Assembly: GCF_000698785.1 (NCBI RefSeq)
Contig: NZ_CP007536.1
Coordinates: 720,001-752,000 of the forward strand
DNA: 32,000 nt
Source of the DNA: Nitrososphaera viennensis EN76
GTDB lineage: Archaea > Thermoproteota > Nitrososphaeria > Nitrososphaerales > Nitrososphaeraceae
Direction: 5' to 3'
The notes under the pieces are model-generated. The model had not been told where the DNA came from. It worked only from the letters and a program-made list of their open reading frames with translations, and did not search any database. Every line of letters begins with the position of its first letter. The first letter of the stretch is position 1. Both the position numbers and the translations under genes were made by a program. This document shows positions 25,201-32,000 of the stretch, in pieces.

Positions 25201-25443
25201 CTAACATAGGAGTTTCAAAATATAAACATGCTTGTAAAAAGCTGTGTTAGGAGCCACCTTTGTATTGGTCAAAAACATTATACGTCCCTTTCTAAGGCAC
25301 CGGACAGCAATGTTTTCGCGCATGGCGTCGCCTTCCTGCTTGGCATCGGCGTAGTAATGGGCCGCGAACATCTCCCTTCGTTCAAAAAAGCCGCGATACC
25401 GAATATCGGAACGGATCCAAAATGAACGAGCCAAAACCTGCAA
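25201..25443 (-). CDS. Hypothetical ORF next to the tRNA-like remnant (coding status doubtful)
   Basis: 80-aa track ORF with no motifs I can support. It lies in AT-rich decayed DNA. Confidence 0.2.
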   Translation of the reverse strand: MQVLARSFWIRSDIRYRGFFERREMFAAHYYADAKQEGDAMRENIAVRCLRKGRIMFLTNTKVAPNTAFYKHVYILKLLC

Positions 25444-25469
25444 AGCAAGACTAGGAAAAGACTAAATCA

Positions 25470-25787
25470 TTGTCAGAATTTCCTTCGTCTGTGGCACAAG
25501 GCGTCCTTATCGATAATGATATTCTTGGTTGGGCTAATAGTCATGAAGATGAGCTCATAAGGATTTACGGCAAGATCGTAAAAGTTGGATCCCCAGATAT
25601 TCCGCGGAGGCAACCAGACCACCTGCTTGCTGCATACTGCAAAGACCGTGATTTCGATATGCTAACTCGCGACAATAAGGCTTACACGTATTATTTTACC
25701 GCCGGCATCAAGACAGTGCAACTATCAAGATATGATTGGGATAAGAAAGGAGACAAGCCAGTCTACCTAATCAAAATTATAGATTAG
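25470..25787 (+). CDS. PIN-like (DUF5615/Mut7-C-like pattern) domain protein
   Basis: GVLIDNDILGW ... PDHLLAAYCKDRDFDMLTRDNKAY ... follows the pattern llDenl ... D..ll..a ... lvT.D.df of small PIN-like nucleases. TTG start. Assignment rests on the pattern only. Confidence 0.4.
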   Translation: MSEFPSSVAQGVLIDNDILGWANSHEDELIRIYGKIVKVGSPDIPRRQPDHLLAAYCKDRDFDMLTRDNKAYTYYFTAGIKTVQLSRYDWDKKGDKPVYLIKIID

Positions 25788-25805
25788 CCGTCAGGCTTCA
25801 GCTAA

Positions 25806-26063
25806 TTATTTGATTTTCATCAGGAACTTTCCTCGCAGCCAATTCTGTATGTTCCACATTAAGCTGGCAGTTGACAGAACAGTGCCGGTCCTTTCTAAGA
25901 CGCTATAAAATGTCGACTCTGCCGGTATGTATTGTTGTACCAGCATAGATACGAAGTAAAGCGATACTACTGAAATCGTGACGATTGTCGCATATCTGGC
26001 CAGCATGTGCGGGCGCGACCGCTTTCCTCGTGTCCCAGAGCTGCGACGTCTTCTGTTCGGCAC
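25806..26063 (-). CDS. Hypothetical small membrane protein with Arg-rich N-terminus
   Basis: 85 aa: MPNRRRRSSGTRGKRSRP followed by one clear TM (YATIVTISVVSLYFVSMLV). Confidence 0.35.
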   Translation of the reverse strand: MPNRRRRSSGTRGKRSRPHMLARYATIVTISVVSLYFVSMLVQQYIPAESTFYSVLERTGTVLSTASLMWNIQNWLRGKFLMKIK

Positions 26064-26220
26064 TGCAAGTCCATTCCACTCGTCAGCTTAAAAGAGCTGT
26101 TCAAAAAAACAGTTTTATTCAGGCGACTATATAAAAAATATCTAATAGGAACCGGACTACTATCAATAAAATAACTTTTTTGTACTTCCCGCCTTTGCCA
26201 AAAAGTTTTTTTAGACAAGG

Positions 26221-26236
26221 TTTATCTATAAAATAT
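26221..26236 (+). promoter_or_regulatory. TATA-like box of the wHTH-pAgo operon
   Basis: tttatctataaaatat ends 16 nt before ATG 26252, consistent with a leaderless or short-leader archaeal transcript. A near-identical box (ctatataaaaaatatct) lies about 96 bp upstream at about 26128-26145. Confidence 0.4.
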
Positions 26237-26251
26237 CTTTATCATGGGTCG

Positions 26252-27076
26252 ATGTCTGCTTTGAGTTTGTATGACGACGAGGATGCGCGGGAGCAGAGAA
26301 CGAGGAAACCCCGAAAAGAGGTGCTAGATGATGCAGCGGACGCCTTTGCGGCTGTCTTCGGCCAGTCTGCAAAGACCCGGATATCAATCCTGCGCGTGTT
26401 GCGGCGGAGCATTAACCCACTGAGATACAAAGACCTGTTGAATAGCGTGCGGTCCGAACTCGGCGGGGGCGAAATGCTGAGCGAACAGAATTTTAACTAT
26501 CACATCAAGGACCTCAAGAAGTTTGGAGTTGTCGATCAGGACATTACCAGCAAATATATTATCACTACCTTGGGTGCCCTTCTACTTTCTGCGTATGAGC
26601 AGGTTAGAAGTCGGACAGGTGGAGATAGCGTCAAGGACAAGCCAGGCTTCGTAGGCGAGCTGAACGTTATTATGCAATCATCGCAGTTTGATGCGGCCGC
26701 TCTTGGAGAGGAGCTCATAAGGCAGCAGCTCTTTATGCCAGTCCCTTCGGCTGACGGGTCGGTCGCCCTTAAGTGGAGAGACGATGACGAAAGCATCGAC
26801 TCAGAAATAGAGTTGCATCAAGACGGAACAATATATGTCAAAGTCATTGTTTACGAAAAGCTGGCGCAGATCGCAGGCTATCAGAGCGAAGATCTTGACA
26901 AGGCCAGCCCGTGGTATGACACGGTAATTTCGCTCGCCAAAGCAATGTACTACTATGTGAGCCGGGCCGCTAGAAGACTTTGGCCTGACGTTCATGACGA
27001 GATAACCATCGAGGACTCTTACCCAATAAACCGGTTCCTGCCGACAGCAAAGCGCAGTGTTGAGGAGAGTGAGTAG
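26252..27076 (+). CDS. ArsR-like winged-helix protein with uncharacterised roughly 150-aa C-terminal domain; pAgo-associated partner
   Basis: Acidic/basic N-terminal tail, then TRISILRVLRRSINPLRYKDLLNSV ... NFNYHIKDLKKFGVVD (ArsR/SmtB-type wHTH pattern). A C-terminal domain with no motif I recognise follows. The stop TAG 27074-27076 is 2 nt before the pAgo ATG. The track start TTG 26180 is judged too long. Confidence 0.75.
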   Translation: MSALSLYDDEDAREQRTRKPRKEVLDDAADAFAAVFGQSAKTRISILRVLRRSINPLRYKDLLNSVRSELGGGEMLSEQNFNYHIKDLKKFGVVDQDITSKYIITTLGALLLSAYEQVRSRTGGDSVKDKPGFVGELNVIMQSSQFDAAALGEELIRQQLFMPVPSADGSVALKWRDDDESIDSEIELHQDGTIYVKVIVYEKLAQIAGYQSEDLDKASPWYDTVISLAKAMYYYVSRAARRLWPDVHDEITIEDSYPINRFLPTAKRSVEESE

Positions 27077-27078
27077 TC

Positions 27079-29397
27079 ATGGAAAGACAACTCTCCAGCT
27101 ACCAGATCAACCTCTTCAGGTACGAAGGTAAGCCGTTCGAGTCAGGCGTGACCTTGGCGGTCTACAAACCGAAAAACGAGGTCCCAGAAGACAAGCTCTT
27201 CCTAGTAGGCCAGGCTACAAAAGCAGTACAGGACAATGCAGGCGAAGGTGCTGTTGCATTCCAGTACGGAACCACTGTTTACTGCTTGTCCAAGATGCCA
27301 AGCAACCTGAAGGATTCGATACCTGTCGCTGACAGCTACAGTAAGGAGATCAACATTTGGTACAGAAACCAAGACCATGTCGCTCACCCAAGCAACCAAA
27401 GTGACCGAGAACTGCTCAGGCGGCTCGTGGCGAAAGCGATCAGCAACCAGCACATACAGAACAAATGGTTTGTCGAGCAGTACAAGATGGTATATCATTG
27501 GTCATTCAGGCTGTCTGAACAGCTATCGCATGGGAAGTTCGAAGTTTACCACGGGTTCGTATTCAGACCTTACATCTACGAGGATGGAACATGCGCCGTC
27601 CTCCTCGACCCAAAATTCAAGTTCGTGCTCAAAGAGACGTTGAGGGATTACATTGCAAGCCTGGAACAGCAGGGCAAGACGAGAGAGGAAATCGAATACA
27701 TCTTGCGCGGAGAGCAGGTAATAGACCACTGTCCAGTCATCGACTGCATGCACCGTAATAACCCTGAAAGCGATTGCAGGCTAAAGGGTTCTGGCAAGAG
27801 GAGGCTGCTTACCGGGCTTGACTTTACACGTAAACCCACGGCGTCGGGTCATGGCGACTTGCTGCAATATCATAGAAACGTAGTATGTAAGAACAATGGA
27901 AAAATTGCGGACATGATGCAGGACTCTGCACCAATTGCGATGATCCAGTTCCCTAATACACCAAGACCGTACGACTACCCGCTGGAAAGGCTCAGGCGCG
28001 AAGTCAGGATGCACGACCTTGATAAAATCGGAAGGATAAAGGTCATGGAATACATGCGGCCGTCGATGGTCAGCCGCTGGAATATGACAAAATCGTTCAT
28101 CCAGTATGTCGACAACGTACCTCTGGCCAACCTTACATTAAGAATATCAAGAGATTTTTCCCAAGCAGGCGAAAGGGGATTCCCGTGGGAGAACTTTGAA
28201 ATGTTGCCCGATGTTCCCCTGGCGTTTGCAAAAGGAAAAGAAGACACCGACCCCATGAGAGGGCTCGAAGAGAACGGTCCTTTTGACCTGAATGATGAAA
28301 GGATAACAAACGTCGAATTCACGATCTATTGTTTTTCAAGAAGGGTGACGCTAGAGCAGATCGAAGAGTTCTACAACGATTTGACAAACGGCTTCCAGGG
28401 CAGACCCCTGTTCAAAGGTTTCCACAGCCTCTTCAACGTCAGGGCGCCGAAATTCGACAAGTCGATGGTCAAGTACAAAATAGAACTGCCACCGCCGCCC
28501 CAAAAAGCAGGGTCAAAAAAATTCGCCTTGGTGATCGTGCCTGCGATATCATTCAAGAAGGCGAAGGAGTACATGCCATTGAAACAACTATTCGTCAAGA
28601 ATGGCATTCCAAGCCAGTTCGTGTTGTCGCAGAATATTGCGCCCGACCTGACTCCGTCGAAATACGTCGGCATCTTGAAGAACCTGGCATTAGAGATTTA
28701 CGCAAAGATAGGCGGAACCGCATGGGCCTTGAGCAGGCCGACAGGAGACGGCAAATGCTTCATCGGAGTCGACTCCATTACGCGGAAAAAGGTCACATAC
28801 TTTTCTGTGCAGGTGTTCAACGGACGCGGCGTATGGATCTGTGGCTGGACTAGGTCTGTCCCCGCTGAGCAATATGGCAAATCTTTACAGGACACTCTCA
28901 CAAACGCCATCAGAATATTTGCAAAGACCCAAGGTGCAATAAAAGAGGTCGTTGCGCATAAGGAAGGCAATGTGTGGAGCTCGGAGACAGATGCAATAAA
29001 GAGTGCGACAGCCCATCACAAGACTAGAGTGGTATCGATAATCAAGACAGGAATAATGCGCGTCTATGACAAATCGAAACAGGACAACATAACAAACCGC
29101 GGGCTCTTCGTAGAATTAGACAAGAATGAGGCCCTGCTAGTCACCAGCGGACCACCACATCCAATACAAGGTTCGCAGAAGGCTCTGACTGTCAGAGTCG
29201 CTTCAGGCTTGGATGGAACGACACTTAAGGACATATGCAACGATGTTTTCCTTCTCTCGACAAGCTACGGAGGATACATTCTGGCTGCAACTTCGAAACC
29301 CGTCACTACGTACTATGCAAATAAAGCAACCAGCATATCTGCCCAAAATGGGCTTGAAGTGTCTGATGATCTTTGGAGAAGCACCTGGTTCATTTAG
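27079..29397 (+). CDS. Long prokaryotic Argonaute (N-L1-PAZ-like-L2-MID-PIWI), predicted slicer-deficient
   Basis: MID/PIWI hallmarks are EYMPLKQLFVKNGIPSQFV (Y498, K502, Q513), LKNLALEIYAKIGGTAWAL (K543) and CFIGVDS (D565). VVAHKEGN replaces the RDG motif (E629). PVTTYYANKA replaces YYAH/YYAD (N748). At 772 aa there is room for N and PAZ-like regions. Confidence 0.9.
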   Translation: MERQLSSYQINLFRYEGKPFESGVTLAVYKPKNEVPEDKLFLVGQATKAVQDNAGEGAVAFQYGTTVYCLSKMPSNLKDSIPVADSYSKEINIWYRNQDHVAHPSNQSDRELLRRLVAKAISNQHIQNKWFVEQYKMVYHWSFRLSEQLSHGKFEVYHGFVFRPYIYEDGTCAVLLDPKFKFVLKETLRDYIASLEQQGKTREEIEYILRGEQVIDHCPVIDCMHRNNPESDCRLKGSGKRRLLTGLDFTRKPTASGHGDLLQYHRNVVCKNNGKIADMMQDSAPIAMIQFPNTPRPYDYPLERLRREVRMHDLDKIGRIKVMEYMRPSMVSRWNMTKSFIQYVDNVPLANLTLRISRDFSQAGERGFPWENFEMLPDVPLAFAKGKEDTDPMRGLEENGPFDLNDERITNVEFTIYCFSRRVTLEQIEEFYNDLTNGFQGRPLFKGFHSLFNVRAPKFDKSMVKYKIELPPPPQKAGSKKFALVIVPAISFKKAKEYMPLKQLFVKNGIPSQFVLSQNIAPDLTPSKYVGILKNLALEIYAKIGGTAWALSRPTGDGKCFIGVDSITRKKVTYFSVQVFNGRGVWICGWTRSVPAEQYGKSLQDTLTNAIRIFAKTQGAIKEVVAHKEGNVWSSETDAIKSATAHHKTRVVSIIKTGIMRVYDKSKQDNITNRGLFVELDKNEALLVTSGPPHPIQGSQKALTVRVASGLDGTTLKDICNDVFLLSTSYGGYILAATSKPVTTYYANKATSISAQNGLEVSDDLWRSTWFI

Positions 29398-29741
29398 CCC
29401 TATGCGAATTTGCCGAAAAGCTAACACCCTTAGGAGTGAAAGAATAAGGCAAGTAGTTGTAGAGTATCAGGCAAAATGGCACTCCTATGTGCTGTGTTTG
29501 GGCTTGTTGAAGTACTTGAAGCCATCTCATAAATGGCTCGCTACCAAAAACCGAGTAGTGGGGAACCAAAATCCAAGGAAAAACGGTCTTCAGTTCAGCT
29601 ATTGCCTTATTTTTGACTGTTGAGATGACTTCTAGGTACTCGTAGCTAACCAGTCGGCATTCCTACTTCCTTGTAAGGTACAGGTCTATCAGCCGGAATA
29701 TCGTGATTACACCTGCAAAGATCTGTTGCTTCTACCGTGGC

Positions 29742-29758
29742 TTTTTTCTATAAAAATC
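29742..29758 (+). promoter_or_regulatory. TATA-like box upstream of the small-protein/ATPase operon
   Basis: ttttttctataaaaatc lies about 40 nt upstream of ATG 29797, with aggag at 29791-29795. Confidence 0.35.
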
Positions 29759-29796
29759 TAGAATGGTTTTATAGAAACGTCATTCTGTATAGGAGT

Positions 29797-29961
29797 ATGG
29801 CGGATGTTTATGACCGGCTTTTCGAAAATCTGTCAAAAGATATACCCAACGATGATACCATTGCGCTACTAAAGGAACTGCTCGGAGTCTATCGCAGCGA
29901 GGGTGTCGACGGAGTCACCCAGAGCCTGAAAGAACGTCTCGAGAAGCTCAAAGGAGATTGA
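29797..29961 (+). CDS. Hypothetical 54-aa helical protein upstream of the SMC-like ATPase
   Basis: MADVYDRLFENLSKDIPNDDTIALLKELLGVYRSEGVDGVTQSLKERLEKLKGD. The track start GTG 29737 lies inside the TATA-like box, so ATG 29797 is preferred. The stop is 12 nt before the ATPase ATG. Confidence 0.4.
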   Translation: MADVYDRLFENLSKDIPNDDTIALLKELLGVYRSEGVDGVTQSLKERLEKLKGD

Positions 29962-29972
29962 CTGGCAGAGAA

Positions 29973-32000
29973 ATGGCAGTAGTCATAAGATCCGCCAAGA
30001 TTGACAGTTTCAGAGGAGTAAACACTGAACGCACCGTCACGTTTTCACAGGGCGTCACGCTTATCCATGGCCTCAACGGCATGGGCAAGACCACGGTTTT
30101 ACAGGCAATCGAGTGGTGTCTGACTGGCGAGATCCCAAGTTTTGAAGGGCCAGACTTTAAGGAAGAGGATGCCATCGTAAATTGCTTCACGGACAAGAAA
30201 TCCGCGTCTGTTATCCTTACGCTAGAAGATACCACTTCCAACAGAATCATGACGGTGGAGCGCCGACGCAGGCGGTCCAAGAGCTCAAGCACAACCAAGA
30301 CCAATACCTCGCTCAAGGTAGGGATTGACGGCAAAGAGTATGAAAATGATCGTGCGGTGGAAATTCTTTCGCAGTTGCTCGGTGTGGGTCTGGAAGACCT
30401 TGCAAAGAACACGTACATCCGGCAGGATGCCATTGACCAATTACTCCATGAAAAGCCGGAGGAGAGGTCCCGGGCCCTCGACACGATCCTCGGCACCGAC
30501 AAGATTCGGGGGTTCCTGGATGCCATCAACGTAAGCACTTCGAGGACCAGAAATTCACTCAAAGAAAAGATAGAGGGGATCGAGATAGGCAGGGTTCAGA
30601 TTGCAACAGCGCTGCAGGAAGAGGCCGAGGAGACAAAGAACCGGCTGCTGGCTGGGGGGATGCACAAAGAAGACCTTAACTTGCAGCAGGCCGTCAAATC
30701 TGCGGGCTCCCTCTTTGATAAGATAACCAGTCTGGCCACTGCAGTTGGCGCCAGACCGCCTGCAAAGGCGGCTATACCCGCTGACCCTTCCGAGCTCTAC
30801 GAGAGCCTCGAGAAGTATGCAAAGGATGCCGATGAAATAGACCGCGCAAGACAGGAAGTTCACTCACAAAAGTCTAACCAGATAGCCAAAATCTCAGCAC
30901 CGATGAGCTCTCTGCAAGGACTCCGGGAAGGGCTGCAACAGTACAGTGGCAAGGACGTGTCATCACTACGCGGCAGTCTGGTTCAGAAGGAGAATGAGCT
31001 GCGCGGAATTGCCGAAGAGCGGACAGCAATATCCCGAGAAATTGCGCGCCTTGGCAGTAATTCCCGAGCCATCGACAATGCGCTCAGGGACTATGAAAAT
31101 GCTAGGCTACAGCTCGACCAAGTCGCTGGAGGGCAAGATGTTCAGGCGCTGAAGAAGGAGGAAGCGGAACTTCAGGCACAGCACAGTTCCAACCTTGCTC
31201 AGCAGAATGAGGCTCGTATCACGGCAGAATCACTTGGTAAGACATTTGAAGAACTGGACAGGCTCGTAACTTCCTACCGGTCAGGTGTTGAGCAGATATC
31301 GTCGCTTGGATTCGACTCTGCGGATGGCAGAGGCACGCAACAGATAGAGTCACTGCAGGCATCCATAGATGAAATGAAGTCCAAGTCAAAGGAGGCCGGC
31401 GAGAAGCAGGTCAGGCTTGCAGGTCTGGTCTCGGAGCTTCGAACAAGCAGTTCTACCATCGCATCTGTTCGGCGCACCGCAGAAGAGCTTGAGGCAAAGA
31501 TATCCGCGTCGATCCAAAAGTTTGGCGATACTGAGGCAAGAACAAAACTCCAGGAGCAAAAGTCATCCAGCCTTCGGGAAATAAAACAATCGCTTGATTC
31601 CTTTAACACATACGATAGCCTCGTCGGGAAGGCAATGGAGTATATCCGTACGGTCCGGCCTCTAAACTGCCCTCTCTGCGAGAGGCCTTCAGAACCGGAC
31701 CATCTTCTGGCATTACTAAACTCAAAGGTGAAAGGTGATATTGCCAAGAAGATTCAAGACCTCTCTGCAAAGGCCACGCAAGAAAGCGAATACCTTGACG
31801 AGCTGGCAAAAGATACAGACGCGCTTTTGGGATATAGAAGGGACCTGGAAGTGCAAAAGACAAGGATTGCTGTCGAACTTTCCCGGCTATCGACCTTGTT
31901 AGGGGTTACAGTTAATGCCGACTTTGATTTTGAAGGAAAAATAAAAGAGCTATTGAAAGAGGCAGATTCTGCCCGGAGCCTTGCAATGGAGTTAGGGGGC
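29973..32000 (+). CDS. SMC/Rad50/SbcC/DndD-like ABC ATPase with coiled coil and CxxC hook (5' partial; continues beyond the window)
   Basis: Absent from the ORF track because it has no stop in the window. I read 676 codons from ATG 29973 without a stop. The N-terminus is IRSAKIDSFRGVNTERTVTFSQGVTLIHGLNGMGKTTVLQAIEWCLTGE (Walker A). More than 500 aa of E/K/L/Q-rich coiled coil follow, with RPLNCPLCERP (C566, C569) as a hook-like motif. Confidence 0.85.
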   Translation, partial: MAVVIRSAKIDSFRGVNTERTVTFSQGVTLIHGLNGMGKTTVLQAIEWCLTGEIPSFEGPDFKEEDAIVNCFTDKKSASVILTLEDTTSNRIMTVERRRRRSKSSSTTKTNTSLKVGIDGKEYENDRAVEILSQLLGVGLEDLAKNTYIRQDAIDQLLHEKPEERSRALDTILGTDKIRGFLDAINVSTSRTRNSLKEKIEGIEIGRVQIATALQEEAEETKNRLLAGGMHKEDLNLQQAVKSAGSLFDKITSLATAVGARPPAKAAIPADPSELYESLEKYAKDADEIDRARQEVHSQKSNQIAKISAPMSSLQGLREGLQQYSGKDVSSLRGSLVQKENELRGIAEERTAISREIARLGSNSRAIDNALRDYENARLQLDQVAGGQDVQALKKEEAELQAQHSSNLAQQNEARITAESLGKTFEELDRLVTSYRSGVEQISSLGFDSADGRGTQQIESLQASIDEMKSKSKEAGEKQVRLAGLVSELRTSSSTIASVRRTAEELEAKISASIQKFGDTEARTKLQEQKSSSLREIKQSLDSFNTYDSLVGKAMEYIRTVRPLNCPLCERPSEPDHLLALLNSKVKGDIAKKIQDLSAKATQESEYLDELAKDTDALLGYRRDLEVQKTRIAVELSRLSTLLGVTVNADFDFEGKIKELLKEADSARSLAMELGG

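Noticed and set aside
25201-25443. Tyrosine-recombinase (integrase) fragment next to the tRNA-like remnant
   Set aside because: The position is tempting and there is an ...AHYY... segment. However, I cannot find the R...HxxR...Y box spacing or any other integrase block. The idea is kept only as something a frameshift-tolerant search could test.
29403-29623. 73-codon ORF in the pAgo-ATPase spacer
   Set aside because: The translation is basic and Cys/Leu-rich with no domain character. It is the tail of a track ORF that mostly overlaps the pAgo 3' end out of frame.
29948-30562. 204-aa minus-strand ORF, plus 30555-30863 and 31274-31747 on the minus strand
   Set aside because: All are antisense to the stop-free plus-strand frame encoding the Walker-A/coiled-coil ATPase. 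The plus-strand gene is missing from the track only because it has no stop in the window.
29973-32000. Housekeeping Rad50 of the Mre11-Rad50 complex
   Set aside because: No Mre11/SbcD phosphoesterase gene precedes it; a 54-aa helical protein does. It sits in AT-richer accessory DNA next to a pAgo. It is therefore called Rad50/SbcC/DndD-like rather than Rad50.
1-32000. CRISPR arrays, rRNA genes, IS elements with terminal inverted repeats
   Set aside because: I found no regularly spaced direct repeats of 24-40 nt, no rRNA-like conserved blocks and no transposase-like ORF with flanking inverted repeats on either strand.

Overview
Archaeal chromosomal segment. It carries archaea-specific genes (ribosomal protein eL37, an Sm/LSm protein, pyruvoyl-dependent arginine decarboxylase). 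AT-rich TATA-like boxes sit about 20-30 nt upstream of many start codons. A Nitrososphaeria (thaumarchaeal) origin is my guess only. Layout: (1) 1-16.4 kb is GC-richer core. It holds folate one-carbon genes (folD, purU), a creatininase-family protein, the eL37 + LSm pair, small wHTH/HxlR regulators with membrane proteins, and a surface-glycan cluster (GT2, glutaminase-less Asn-synthase-like protein, two GT-B glycosyltransferases, a SAM methyltransferase, wecB). (2) 16.5-22.3 kb holds uncharacterised membrane proteins and a patatin-like phospholipase split by a frameshift inside an (AG)5 repeat. (3) After pdaD (ends 22979) the sequence becomes visibly AT-richer and accessory in character. It contains a 2-TM protein, about 1 kb of decayed coding sequence, a 72-nt tRNA-like remnant and a PIN-like orphan. 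The most interesting locus follows: a two-gene operon in which an ArsR-like wHTH protein with an unknown C-terminal domain (26252-27076) lies 2 nt upstream of a 772-aa long prokaryotic Argonaute (27079-29397). That Argonaute keeps a canonical MID 5'-phosphate pocket but has non-canonical residues at two catalytic positions. About 340 bp downstream, with its own promoter, are a 54-aa protein and a Rad50/SbcC/DndD-like ATPase with a CxxC hook that runs off the window end. I propose this as a candidate uncharacterised pAgo-centred defence locus. No rRNA, intact tRNA or CRISPR array was found. Other non-genic signals are four perfect 23-31 nt alternating purine-pyrimidine tracts in intergenic DNA, a duplicated GGTAAC-N3-GTTAC palindrome flanking a wHTH regulator gene, and GAT/AAT triplet-repeat low complexity in and between the glycosyltransferase genes. 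All calls rest on reading the translations and sequence by eye. No database search was run.
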